Assembly: GCA_964016885.1 (NCBI GenBank)
Contig: OZ024741.1
Coordinates: forward strand, 225,122,001-225,186,000
Length of the DNA stretch: 64,000 nucleotides
Source: Eledone cirrhosa
Lineage: Eukaryota
Direction of reading: 5' to 3'
Shown here: piece after piece, positions 39,512 to 53,548 of the stretch
Layout: each line of letters begins with the position of its first letter
Position numbering within the stretch: the stretch's first letter is position 1
Notes under the pieces: generated by a model
The model's database searches: none
What the model saw: only the letters and a program-made list of their open reading frames with translations
What the model was told of the DNA's origin: nothing
Made by a program: the position numbers and the translations under genes

Positions 39512-42500
39512 CACAACAATAACCAAAACAAACCAAACTTCAAACACAGTCCCACCCAACGCCTGCCCACCTAAAACAACTCCCAAAACACCCACAAGCA
39601 CAACAGCTCCCCAAAACGTACCCCTCCCCAATCAAACAGACACCACAACGGACGAAGCCCCCTCGTTATCACTCAGTGATGATGAGGGAGAACCCCTCCG
39701 CTCCAAAAAAAAAAGAAAAAAAGACATAACACGAACAAAAAGGCAACAAACACACAACCACCAACACAAACAACACAACCATTACAAACAAAAATCCCCC
39801 CTCCCGAAAACAAAACAACGACAACAATCCAAACACAAATACCCACAACAAAACGAAAACACACACAAGAACAACAAACAAAAACTAACACAACACAACA
39901 AAAATATTATACCTACATAAACACTGACAATAAAACCTTGATGGAGGTCATCTCCAAAAACCCTTCCGAAAGAAAATATTTTACCAAGTGTAAAGACAAA
40001 CCTAATTTAAGGATGATTAGGGTCTCTACGGACACCTATAAGTCCTTAAAGGAAAATTTAGCCGAGGACGTGGGGAATATGTGTGTTAAACCAACGAAGC
40101 GCGTCCTCTTGAAATGTCCCCCCCCACCTCCCCACCAAACATCTCCGTCCCCACCCCGCTAGGAACTACCACACTACCATACAACCCCTCCAACATCCCC
40201 ATGGACATTGTGCAGCCTGGTCTCCAGGAAGCGAGGAGGTAAGTGAATTCTTTCCTCTTCTTTTCTAACTCTTCCTCACCAACATGGCCGATATGAAAGT
40301 CGGATGTGTGAATGTGCGCGGCCTGGGGATGCCCTGGAAACAGGGCAAACTCTTAAACGACCTCAGGTCGCACAGTATGGATGTAATTGCTATCTGCGAG
40401 TCCAGGATCCACAGCGAGCGACAGCTGGCTCACATCTTCGATGATTATGAGATCTACGCATCTCTATGTCAGCCGGGAGGTGGGGGCGGGGTTGCCGTTT
40501 TGCTGAGGAAACACCTGGGCCTCGTAACAGAGACGGTACATCTGGACTCGGAGGGTCGACTGGTGGTCCTAGACGTTGGCGGTAGTGAAGGTGGAGCCTT
40601 CAGGCTGGTGGTCGCATATGCCCCATCCTGGACTCCGCGGCCAGAATTCTTCAAACGTCTAGAGACTTTTCTGGAAACGTCTCGCTCCTTGCTTTTAGTG
40701 CGGGACTGGAATGGAATCCTAGATGCCCGTCGGGACTATGTGGGAGCATGTCCCGATAAAGAGGGTTGTAACAGCCTCAAACAGTTAATCAGCCGATTTG
40801 ACCTGGTCGATAGATATCGACTAGATTTTCCGTCTGTACCACTGTGGACGTGGACTAATCGTAGCGGAACATCTAGATCGTACCTAGATAGGGTTCTAGT
40901 TAGAAATAAGGATAGCGACATGTTAAGCTGTCCACAAATGTTCATGGTTGCCTATTCAGATCACAAACTAGTGACCTGCATGGTCAACCTTGATAGAACC
41001 ATAGACAGGGACCCGGCTACTGGAAGCTGAACTTGTCGTTACCAACATGCAAAGCCTACAGTAGACGGATTAGCGCTTTAGTTAAACAGGACTTGATAGG
41101 GACCATTGTCAACAACAGATGGTGGTACTCTCTCAAGAGGGCTGTTAGATTAGACTCGTCAGTTATTAGTAATGAGTTAGCGTTAGCTAGAAACAGGACC
41201 GAGAAGGAACTGGTAGATAAAGTAGAAGAGGCAATTAGCCAACATGCTAGCGACGAGAACAGCCTTGGACCAGTTCTTCGACGCAAAGCACGAGGGCTGC
41301 GTTGTTAGAAGCAAAATACGTGCTCTGGGTAACGAGGGAGCCAAAGCTGTTAGCTGGGCCCGCGTGACAGAGGCGAAAAGTGGCAACAAGTCCACGATTC
41401 GGTCTTTGAAGAACCAAGACGGACGCATGATACCTGAGCCGAAGCAGATGTGCGCAACCTTTCAGCGGCACTTTGCTCAACTGTTCGGGCAGTGCGGCGC
41501 GCCTGGAGGGGATATGGATTTCTGTCCATATCTCGACGGCCTGCCGCGACTCTCGGACAGCGAGGCGAAGTTCTGCGAAAGGCCGATTTCGCCTGCTGAG
41601 ATAGGGGACGCGCTGAGCCAATGCGGCAAACGCAAATCTACAGGTCTCGACGGTCTACCCTACGAATTTTACGTAGCAATGCCGGACTTGTTCTCTGTTC
41701 TCCTGGAAGTGGTCTACTGCAACTGGCAGCAGATCGGGAGAATTCCCAGTTCTGTGAGCAAGGGCGTAGTCATGCTAGTCAGGAAGGACGAGAATAAGGG
41801 GGATGACAAAGGCAACTTCCGGCCCATAACTCTGTTAAACACAGAATTACAGATTTTGGCCAGGTGTTGGCAATGATGCTGGCGCTTGAGACAAGCGCTA
41901 CAGACATGGGCACCCGGGCAGGGACCCTTCGAAAAAGATCTGTCCGAGATGCGTGCGAGACGAAGAAACCGTCGCGCACGCATTCGTACACTGCACGGGC
42001 GTTACCGACCTGTGGGGCTATGTAGAACGACTATTGTCGCGGGTGGGACCAATCCGTTTGACCACCGAGTCCATCGTCATGATCAAATCGCCACCCTTCT
42101 TCAAAAACGAAGGAGAGGCGGTTTTCCTTTGAGTGATAGCTATGGCGAAAGAGGTTGTATGGTGGACGAAGTTAAAAGGGCTGAGGTTAGACACCTTTCT
42201 CTCTGGCCAACAACTGATTCGTTTTTTCAAATACCACTTAGGAAGAAGAATCAGGATGGATAGAGAGGTGTTGTACCCCAGGAAGTTTTATGAAAGGTGG
42301 GTGAAAGTGGCGTGAATGGCCCGAGTGAATGGGCCTTCTCTCTATATCAGCCTGTATGTTGAGGAAAAAGAGGAAGAGAGGAAGGGGGTACTCACTCTTC
42401 GTTCTCCTGGAGATGGGGGTTGCACATTTTTTCGGGGGTATGTGTTACCCATATGTAATGTGTCCCCCTATTGGGGAAAATCGATTAATTTTTAAATTGC

Positions 42501-42595
42501 ATTTGTGATAGTATTTTACACGTTTTTATTGTATGTAAACTTTCCCCTTTGTATTTGTCCCCTTCTTTTGTGCCCTGTGTCTAATAAAGAAAAAA
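38152..42595 (+). mobile_element. Tx1 copy 5, RT core deleted
   Basis: ORF1 ~38360-40242, ORF2 from 40284, deletion junction at ~41888. (ATCT)n at 37947-38121 and 42596-42646. Confidence 0.9.
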
Positions 42596-42720
<125 letters not shown>

Positions 42721-43009
42721 TGTATGTGTGTATGTGTTTATATCTAAACTAATAAGACTAATTGTTTTTGTATCTTTGTAATTTTTTATCACACACACAC
42801 ACTCGACCCACGCATCTATGTATATATATAGGGAGAGAAATGAGAGTTGTAGAGGTGTGGAAAAGACATACCAGAAGCTCTGGTAAACTCTATGAGATGC
42901 CCCAAAGATAAAGAGGTACATTAAACAGGTCCAACACAAAGGAACATTTTAAACAAAGGGACATTAAAACTCCTATAAAACTGATGGGATAGACATAACA
43001 AATACTCTG

Positions 43010-43083
43010 ACTACTACTACTACTACTACTGCTGCTGCTGCTACTACTTCTGCTGCTGCTACTACTACTGCTGCTACTACTAC

Positions 43084-43120
<37 letters not shown>

Positions 43121-43133
43121 ACTACTACCACTG

Positions 43134-43197
<64 letters not shown>

Positions 43198-43320
43198 ACA
43201 AGCCCATTGACCTAAAACAATTTGATTGTATGATTACATTGCTGCTGTCACCACCATCGTTATTGTTGATGTTGTTGTTGTTGCTGTTACTGTTGTTGCT
43301 GTTATTGTTACTGTTGTTGT
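43010..43320. repeat. (CTA/CTG)n and (TTG)n trinucleotide tracts
   Basis: Direct reading. Confidence 0.9.
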
Positions 43321-43889
43321 AGTGAGGAGGAGGCTATGCAGCCGTAGTTTGTTTATCTGCAGGATATATTGATTTTGTTATCGATTATTGATTGGAATTT
43401 ACACCTGAACATCTAGGACAGTAACAACAGCAGCATTTGCAGCAAAGTAGAAATAAAAAAAAAATCAAAATAAAAAAAATCAAACAAAACAAACAAATAA
43501 CTGCAGAAACATTAAAAAAAATATAAACAAAAGAAAATTAACAAACAGTATGAACTGTTGAAATTTGTTCATTTTTTTTTCTTTTACTATACAGAACTGA
43601 TTACTAACAACAAAGTGACAAGTAGGTGTGTATTTGTCCTCCCCCCCCCCCTTCTTCCCCTTCGCCACCTTTCTACACTTATCTTTCTCCCTCATTCTAT
43701 TTACTCTATCTCCAGTAGACTGCAATGACTGAAATATTTACGATGCTTCACAGAATTGCACCCAAACTGTGAATGATATGTAAGTTGTGAATCCGTCTTT
43801 TTTTTTTCTTTCCTGTTTTCTTTTTTACTCTCTTGAATAAACTGAAAATACAAAATATTTGCCATCATTTCAGAGAACATTCGAGGTGG

Positions 43890-44420
43890 AAGTTTGGCAG
43901 TATCCTATACGTTTTAAACTCAAATCCCGCTGGGGTTAATTTTGCCTTTCATCCTTCCGGGATCGATAGAATAAAATACCAGTTAAGAAATGAGGTCGAT
44001 ATAATCAATTTTCCCATAGGCCCAAAATGCTGGTTTTGTACCTAGTCCCCTTCCCTAAATATTCATTTATTTGTTTATACTGATATATAAAAGGAAAAAA
44101 AAATACTATTAAATCAGTTACACATTCATGGTTTGAACACAGAGTATCTAAATTAGAAAAGTATTTTACAGAACGTTTATGCAGGCGTCGTATAGGCAGA
44201 AGCGTTAGAGATACGGACGAAATGTCTTGCTATATTCCAGGGCCTTGCTTCCCAAATTCCAATCTCGCCGAGTTCAAGTTTGCCTTTCATCTTTTTGGAG
44301 AGCAATAAATAAATTAACAATCAACAGCAGTGGACTAGTGAAGTCGGTAGAGCGTCGGAGAGGAGACATTGTAGAATTCGTTCTGGTCTTTGCCATTTTA
44401 TTTCAAACCCGTGCCACAGA
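43890..44420 (+). mobile_element. Cluster of degenerate SINE copies
   Basis: Repeated ttgcctttcatc cores and ttcaaa B-box remnants. Confidence 0.6.
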
Positions 44421-44460
44421 CTGCTTGTGTGGTATATATACATATATATATATATATATT

Positions 44461-44670
44461 CTTATATTTGGGGAGGGTCATATTGTTATAATTTTGCCAG
44501 AAATAATAATAAAACACACTCACTGTTTGGTTTGGGTTGGTTTTCGCTTCTGTATCTTTTATATCTCCATACTTAATTTATCTGGCAATATAACAATATG
44601 ACCCTCCCCAAATATAACAATATTTGTTTCAACACACGATTTCATATAAAAAACCTTGCAAAACAAATAT
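44461..44670. mobile_element. Inverted pseudo-LTR family C
   Basis: Same sequence and architecture as 22299-22700. Confidence 0.75.
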
Positions 44671-44795
44671 GTATATATATATATATAAATATATGTATGT
44701 ACGCGTATGTAAAAGGTAAACAGAAATAACAACACAATGGGTACAGTATATGGAAGGGATATATTAGGTTAACGCTTGATATAACAGGAAGAGGA

Positions 44796-44831
44796 TCTTA
44801 ACGTTTCGGACGCTAGTCCTTCATCAGAAGA
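44796..44831 (-). ncRNA. Minimal Penelope-type hammerhead (likely dimer-dependent)
   Basis: TCTT-CTGATGA-A-GGAC(TAGC)GTCC-GAAAC-GTT-AAGA, with palindromic AACGTT in place of stem III. A decayed homolog lies at ~6078-6110. Confidence 0.7.
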
Positions 44832-45003
44832 AAGAATGAGAAATAGGATAGATTGAGTGGACGGGCGGGATGGAATTGGAAAAAATGTCTTTAGATAAAA
44901 ATAACAAGTCCATTCATGTTGACATCTCTTGCAAAACTGTTGGTGCTGGCGTTTTGTGTATGATTTATTTTTTAGAAAAGTGGATGATGATGATGATGAT
45001 GAT

Positions 45004-45102
<99 letters not shown>

Positions 45103-45298
45103 ATTTTGTTTGTTACCCTAACGTCCCCTTTATTTACGTGTCCCAACGACTTTTTTTAGCCGTTGTTCGCACCAACCCGAGGCATATGGCCCTTAAAGCG
45201 ATGAAATGCCTGGGACGGTTGGAGGGTCACTGATGAAGGACTCACTTTTTCATATGCACCACCATTTGCAACGGGCAGCCATCATTACTATCATATTT

Positions 45299-46060
<762 letters not shown>

Positions 46061-46248
46061 ACTATTTCATTTCTATGAAATCACCAGGAACGTCTTTATG
46101 ATTTTATACGAATAAAATAGGAAAGGCTTGATGATTTCATACGAATAAAATATTTTTTAAAGATTATCCCATTTCTAGCGTAAAACTAATATATTTATTC
46201 CATGTACTGTGCCGTTTGTTTTCTTATTTGTGATATTTTTGTTTACCC

Positions 46249-46307
<59 letters not shown>

Positions 46308-46445
46308 TAGGTACACATCGAATTTGAAGCTGTAATAGAGCAGAATGCAATCCAATTATTTGAAGTAGTCACAAAGCACTAAATATTATTTGAGGCAGTC
46401 TCAAAGTAATCAGTTGAATAATCGTTTTACTAGTCACATCCATAT

Positions 46446-46547
<102 letters not shown>

Positions 46548-46554
46548 CGACTTT

Positions 46555-46690
46555 CGTCAAATCGGACCGAAGAAACAATGTTTCCATTGGTCTTTCCAAT
46601 TGCTAATACTATCTACCGGTCGCAATTCCAGGTAGAAGGAGCAACGTAAAATAAAGTGTCTTGCTCAAGGACACAACGCATCACCCGGCA
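46555..46690 (-). mobile_element. CORE-like SINE fragment
   Basis: Reverse strand reads gtgtccttgagcaagacactttatttt. Confidence 0.55.
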
Positions 46691-46708
46691 CCTTCATACA
46701 CACATACA

Positions 46709-46760
<52 letters not shown>

Positions 46761-46765
46761 TATAT

Positions 46766-49700
46766 AACTTTGATAGGTTTCGGCCAGTATTGTCCCAGGC
46801 CATGTCTAACTTAATAGCACCACCTGGCGAAGACTTACAAATCAGTGTTTGGGCACCATGGCCCACTCGAGCAGAGAGTAATTGTTTATGGAGGCATATC
46901 CGGGTGTGGGAGGCTTATCCGGGATTTCTTGAAGGAATTTATCCAAAGACTTCTTGAACTTGATGGGGGTCTGTCTCTGCTTTGATGTGTCTTGGTGTAA
47001 TGTTAAAGAGTGCGGGGCCAATTGAGGTGAAATAATTGTGCCGTATTGTTGTTATGTGATGCGAGTGAGATTTTTGTCGTGGGCGGATAGCACGGGGCCC
47101 AAGCTTTGGGTGTACATTAAAGGTGATGCCAACATCATTTGGGCAAAGCTGATAGAATATTTTCCACATCATACAGATAATGTAGGGCTCACCGCGACGT
47201 TGAAGAGAATAAGGTTTGAGCTTTTCTAATCGATTCCAATAGTCAAGGCCTGTCATGCCATCTATCGTTTTTGTAATTGACCTTTGAGGTGCTTCAACTT
47301 TCATGATACTTTGTTTCACGTGGGGTGACCACAGTGGACAACAGTATTCAAGGTGGGGTCGGGCAAAAGTGGAGAAGAGAAGGATAACAGTGTGGATATC
47401 TCTCGACTGGAAAGTTCTAATAATCCAGGAACACATCTGCGGGCCATATCAACTTTGCTGTTTATATGAGTGGCCCAGCTTATGTTGTTGTCCACAATTA
47501 CTCCCAGGTCTCTGATGTTATTGGATGCTGCTAGAGTTTCACCTGAAGGAAGAGAGTATGGTAGTTTCAGGGCATCCTTTTCTCCAAAGTGGATTAATTC
47601 AAATTTATCTTCATTCAACAGCATATTATTCATTTCTGCCCATTGGATAACAGCCAGTAGGTCTGACTGAAGGCAAGTCCGGTCACCCACCTCATTGATG
47701 ACCCTTTGGAGCTTGGAATCGTCTGCGAAGATTCTGATGTTGCTTGATGAGATGATGTCAGTAATGTCATTAATGTAGATGATGAAAAGAAGTGGGCCCA
47801 ACACAGTACCTTGTGGGACGCCACTGCTGACTTTGGTAGGGCTTGATTTTACTCCTTCGACTACAACATGTTGGGTTCTGCCTGTCAGGAAACATTTTAT
47901 CCACTGTAGCAACCTTCCAGAGACACCAGCATTGGATAGTTTTTTCAGTAGAATCTTATGATCAACCCTGTCGAAGGCCTTGCTGAAGTCAAGGTAGATG
48001 ACATCAGTGTTGGAGCCTTCTCCCAAGGCTCTCAAAACATCGTCAAAGTGATGCAGGAGCTGCGTTAGGCAGTCCCTTCCATGTTGGTTGGAGTTCAGCA
48101 GGCCATTACTTTCAAGAAAGTGGGTTATTCGTGATCTCACCACACTCTCAAATACCTTGATAATATGAGAGGTGAGTGAGATCGGACGGTAGTTCACTGC
48201 AAGGGATTTATTTCCCTTTTTGAAGACTGGGACAACGGACTGGGACAGAAAGTTTTCAGGAATATAGCCAGTGTCCAGTGAGTTCCTCCACAGATTAGCA
48301 AGAGGAGTTGCAAGTTGGTGTCGACACACCTTCAGGACACAAGCAGGGAACCTGTCGGGGTCTACTACTGAATTGTGTTTAATTTCGTTTATTGCCGCTA
48401 AGACATCAGGGGCGCCAAACGTTATGTCTGATATAGTGTGTTGGGGATTAACATCACTGATACGGCCCAGATCAGCCATATCAGGATTGCTGAAAACAGA
48501 GCAGTATTGTTTCTGCAGTATCTCGCCCATGGCTTTGGCATTGTCCTGGAGTGTGCCATTTTCATCAACTAGGGGGCCAACAGTAGAGACGGTGACCTTG
48601 TGTTTTTTAGCAAATGTGAAAAGAACACTTTGGGGTTGAGTTTGATTTTCTCAATGGCCCACCTCTCTTCAGCTATTCTCTGGTTATTGATGATGGTCAT
48701 CATGCATTGCTGGAGGTTATATTTTTTTGACTCAAGCAGGGCGATAGCCATCGAATGTGTGTGTTGCTGTTGGCAGCATTTTAGTGTGTTAATTTTTTTG
48801 TTTGTTCTTTTTATTTTTCTGATAATTGTTTTTCTGTTTTGGGGGATACTGCACTTGGTTTTGCTCACAGGTTTTGGTGGGGTGTGTTTTGTACATATAT
48901 TTGTGACAGTGTCTACAAAAATCTGCCAAGATGTTTTGATGTTGGTGGAAGTGTGTGCGTGTGTAAAAGACCAGTCGACATGTGATAGTTCGTTCATAAT
49001 TGCATCCCAGTTGGCATTGTAGAGATCCATGTTATCAAATGGGTGGGCTGGAGAGAGGACCCTGGGATTAGCTTTCGGCTGGTGGAATCTCAGCTTACAA
49101 GAACTATGTCATGGTCTGAGAGAAGGGTTTTTTCCACTGTAATATTATGTATAGTGTTAGCGTGGTTACTAAACACTAGATCTAGAATGTTCTTCTGATG
49201 CCTCGTTGGTGCAAGGACAAGTTGGGACAAGAAAAACTCATTCATGAAGTCAAGAAGTGACTCAACAGCCTCTTTGTCAGTGGTTGAGGCTGTGGAGCCT
49301 GGTTTCAAACTACATGTAGACCAATCGACACAGGGTAGATTAAAGTCTCCCATGAAAAGTATGTTGCTAGAATGGCACTGTCTAATAAAGCATTTAATAC
49401 TGTTGAAGTATTCCTTGAAGCAGATTATGGGTGTTTGTGGTGGCCTGTAGAGCCCAACTAATGTCAGGTCATTGGCGTTATTGTGCACAGTGACTGATTC
49501 ACAGTAGCCATTGGAGAATGTTGTGTTGCCATCTGCCGTAAAGGAATCATGCGGGAAAATGGCAGTTCCACCCTTCCTTCTGCCAACACGATCCGCACGG
49601 ATGGTTGTGAAATTTCTCACTCTTACTTCGGCCTCCAAGTGGGAGTTGTCAAGGTGGGTCTCAGTAAAAATGAAGAAGGGGATGTGAAATGGATGGTTAC

Positions 49701-49957
49701 CAACCCAATCCTCAATGAATTGGTACTTCCATTTCTGTGCATTGATGGATGGGCTGATACCTTGTGTATTCAGTAAGAATGTGGAGGCTAGTGTGGTGGC
49801 TGGTTTTGACTGTTGCAGGGGGCTTGTTTTGTGATTGTGTGTTAGTGACAGCAATGATCATGTTGGGTGATGGCTAAAATATTTTTCTCTATCTCTTTTG
49901 CCAGGTCCATGGCTAAAAAAGAAAGATTTTTTTTGTTCAGGGATCAGTTTTTGATTG
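46766..49957 (-). mobile_element. CR1-group LINE, 5'-truncated, ORF2 nearly complete but frameshifted
   Basis: APE at 49090-49854 (TETHL, YRPP, GDFN, SDH); RT at 47316-48530 (NYRPISLTS, DFSKAFD, VPQGTVLGPLLF, FADD); RPHLEYCCPLWSPH. (TA)n on both sides. Confidence 0.92.
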
Positions 49958-49974
49958 GATATATATATATATAT

Positions 49975-50185
49975 AATCAAAGATTAATATGGTTCGTTGA
50001 TTAATCAACGCATACAATTTTACAATGGATTAGAAGCACTCGACAAGAGATTTTCCTGGAGTGTTTAATATTATTCAAAATGTTAATAAATGAAAAATAT
50101 TCTCATAATCAAAATATATATTTTATTATACATATTTCAAAGGTACAATGAGAATATTTTTATTTATTAACATTTTGAATAATAT
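49975..50185. mobile_element. Inverted pseudo-LTR related to family A (hammerhead 3' half only)
   Basis: Minus strand GAAATATGTATAATAAAATA at ~50117-50140. Inverted arms at ~50068-50107 and ~50148-50183. Confidence 0.6.
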
Positions 50186-50242
50186 GTATAAATATATATC
50201 TATGTATGTGTATATATATATATATATATATAAATATATATG

Positions 50243-50346
<104 letters not shown>

Positions 50347-50630
50347 AATATAATTTCAGCGAGATCGTATTTCGGCGAGGGCCAAAAACAAAACGAAACG
50401 CAATCTTCGAGATACGCGGCAAGCGCTCAATGGACTAAAAGAAGACAGAGCAATTAACATACGTTATAAAGGCCAGATAAAATGAAAACAGTGGTCGGTC
50501 GTGAAGCCATCAGCAAGCTAAACAGGTTAATATATATTTATTGTTATATATATATTGTTATACTTGGGGAGGGTTATATTGTTGTAATAATATTGCCAGA
50601 AATAATAACACACTCACTATATATATATAC

Positions 50631-50685
<55 letters not shown>

Positions 50686-51009
50686 CAATACATAAACAGA
50701 GAAGATATAAGTAGAGAAAATATTTGATTCGGAGATGGCCTACGGAGTAGGTGTTATTGTTGCCACATAGCGGAATACACGGTGTCGCCCAGTTTGAGAA
50801 GTAACTATAAATAGTCGAAAGTACACACCTGTGCTGCATATATCTGCACTATATGATTAGTGTAAATCATAATTTAAATAAATAATTTCTAATAGCTAAT
50901 GCTTGCATATTAGATAAGAACACATGAATCGTGATTAAGTAAAACTGAAAATTGTTTTATTTTAACAGAGTTTTGTAGCTTGCTTGAAGCATTGTTGAAT
51001 AGGAAACAT

Positions 51010-51185
51010 AAATTTAAATATTGAACACAATGCGGATGGAGAATGTTAAATTGTCAAGATAAGAAATGAATCTTACCTTAGCAAATTTAACGATCGTTGA
51101 ATTTGCTAAGGTAAGATTCTTTTGTTGTCTTTACATTTTAACATTCTTCGTACGCATTGTGTTGGTCTTCAATATTTAAATTTAG
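51010..51185. repeat. Spacer-less imperfect palindrome centred on AACGATCGTT
   Basis: gaatcttaccttagcaaatt versus aatttgctaaggtaagattc, with outer arms extending to ~85 bp. Confidence 0.75.
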
Positions 51186-51186
51186 T

Positions 51187-51364
51187 GGATTGGCAGTATC
51201 GGTAGAGGGTCGGACGCCATGCTTTCCAGCATTGTTACGTCCCTTTACGATCTGAGTTCAATTCCCGCCGAGGTTGACTTTGCCTTTCATCCTTACGGGG
51301 TCGATAAAATAAAGTACCAGTAATGAACTGGGTATTTGCTGGCCTTGTGCCTAAAGTAGAAACA
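51187..51364 (+). mobile_element. SINE with 16-bp TSD
   Basis: TSD AATATTTAAATTTAGT at 51171-51186 and 51365-51380. Nearly identical to 3870-4045. Confidence 0.92.
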
Positions 51365-51761
51365 AATATTTAAATTTAGTTTTATTTTATTTTAAAGTAT
51401 TGAACAAGATGATATTATTTTCCTGAATGGTCAGAATGTTGAGAGCAGTGCCCATAACCCTTATAAGGACTTGTGTTAAAAATGGGATAAGTATACTTGA
51501 ACCGGAGATCTGGACTTCGCTAAAGGCATCGGTCGGCTATGTGGTGGTGTTAAATTAGTGGACAGAATAATTGTACACCTTAGTAGGCCTCGGGATCGTT
51601 TGAATTCAGAAGGCAGAGTCGGAATAAATAGCACAAGGTATTGTATCCGGTGGTTTAACAATTCTATCAATCCACTATCATCCTGAACTGGTACTTTACT
51701 TTATTGACCGTTTAAGGAGATGAAAACCAAAGTACAGCTAGTCTGATTTTGTTTTTAAGCA

Positions 51762-52020
51762 GGGGAGAGAGAGAGAGAGAGAGAAGGAGAGAGAGAGGGA
51801 CAGATGGAGAGAGAGAAGGGGAGAGAGGGAGAGAAAGAGAAAGAGATAGAAAGAGAGAGAAAGAGAGAAAGAGAGAAAGAGAGAAAGAGAGAAAGAGATA
51901 GAGAGAGATAGAGAGCTAGAGAGATAGAGATAGAAAGAGAGAAAGAGAGAGGGGAGAGAGAAAGAGAGAAAGAGAGAGGGTAGGAGAAAGAGAGAGACGG
52001 AGAGAGAAAGAGAATGTGAA

Positions 52021-52086
<66 letters not shown>
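51762..52086. repeat. GA-rich polypurine tract
   Basis: Direct reading. Confidence 0.9.
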
Positions 52087-52089
<3 letters not shown>

Positions 52090-52229
52090 GACTGTAAGAG
52101 CCAGTATGAATATCCATATAAACATATATGTGCATAAATACATGTTATGTACACCATCTACACGTGGAGGTGCGCACACACAAACTGACACACACACACA
52201 CACACACACACAAACTGACACACACCGAA

Positions 52230-52275
<46 letters not shown>

Positions 52276-52567
52276 GCATACATACACACACTCCCACACG
52301 CAGAGAGCAACATACCAATATATACTGTAGATATATATATTAATTTTGTTAACACTGTTGATATAGACATTGCTTGCGGTGGTCAATATTTCGTTTGTTT
52401 TAGCAGAATTCTTGAATAGTTCAGTTAAATAGTGTATGTTATCAACAATACCACCGCCTCTGCAAAAATATCAAAGGAACAATCAAAGTTGTTTATTTAA
52501 AAAAAAGACTGGTATTTGTGATTGTTGTACAGTTCCAAAGTTTGGAGAAATAAGTTTACTATATATT

Positions 52568-53098
52568 TGGATTGGCAGTATCGGTAGAGAGTCGGACACT
52601 ATGCTTTGCAGCATAGAGTTACGTCCATTTATGAGCTGAGTTCAAATCCCGCCAAGGTTAACTTTGCCTTTCATCCTTACGGGGGTCGATAAAATAAAGT
52701 ACCAGTAATGCACTGGGGAATTGCTGGCCTTGTGCTAAAAGTAGAAACAATTATTATGTAAGCAAATAACATAACGCATAGAGTTACGGCCCTTGCTATT
52801 CTGAGTTCAAATCCCGCCGAGGTTAACTTTAGCTTTCATCCTTACAGGGTCGATAAAATAAAGTACCAGTAATGCACTGGGTAATTGCTGGCCCTGTGCC
52901 AAAAGTAGAAACAATTATTATGTAAGCAAATAACATAACGCATAGAGTTACGGCCCTTGCCATTCTGAGTTCAAATCCCGCCGAGATTAACTTTACCTTT
53001 CATCCTTACAGGGTCGATAAAATAAAATACCAGTAATGTACTGGTCTGGTAAATTGCTGGCCTTGTGCCAAAAGTAGAAAAATTATTATGTAAGCAAA
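52568..53098 (+). mobile_element. SINE followed by two tandem ~162-bp repeats of its 3' part plus flank
   Basis: The unit gcatagagttacgg...agtagaaacaattattatgtaagcaaa occurs three times. Confidence 0.88.
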
Positions 53099-53170
53099 TG
53101 TGATGTAATGTATATTCAGCATTCGTAATGGGTGACACGGTAATAAAATACATATGACAGTTGATAGATA

Positions 53171-53225
<55 letters not shown>

Positions 53226-53232
53226 ATGTATG

Positions 53233-53530
53233 TTCTTCTTTTTGGTAAATATCATCTTGGTTAAGAGAGTGGAACTGGCTTTGTGCACTGCCTTTGCTCA
53301 CTATAAAAGCTTCACGGCACAGGCATTGCTTTATATCTGGAGATCTCTCTGCACTTGTCGTCAAATGGTACCATGGACCCAGCACTATGTGTCAATAATT
53401 GTAGTGTTTGTACCAGAGTTTTCAAGTCGCTGGCTGGACTAAAAAGTCACACTTGTTCAGCGCATCGGTAAGGGTTCTCCTACATGGATATAAAGTAGTG
53501 GCCGTACTCGAAAACGAGTTGGCAGCCACC
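53233..53530 (-). mobile_element. Non-coding (CATA)n-associated element, second copy
   Basis: Homologous to 1804-2089. Ends ...AAGAAGAA-CATACATA, like the adjacent R4/Dong copies. Confidence 0.8.
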
Positions 53531-53548
53531 ATGTATGTGGGTATGTAT

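Noticed and set aside
45225-45250. CTGATGAAGGACT hammerhead start
   Set aside because: Truncated, with no 3' half.
50790-50835. Second U3-A8 hammerhead candidate (TTGAGAA...GAAAGTAC)
   Set aside because: Lacks the U of the NUH triplet and a convincing stem I.
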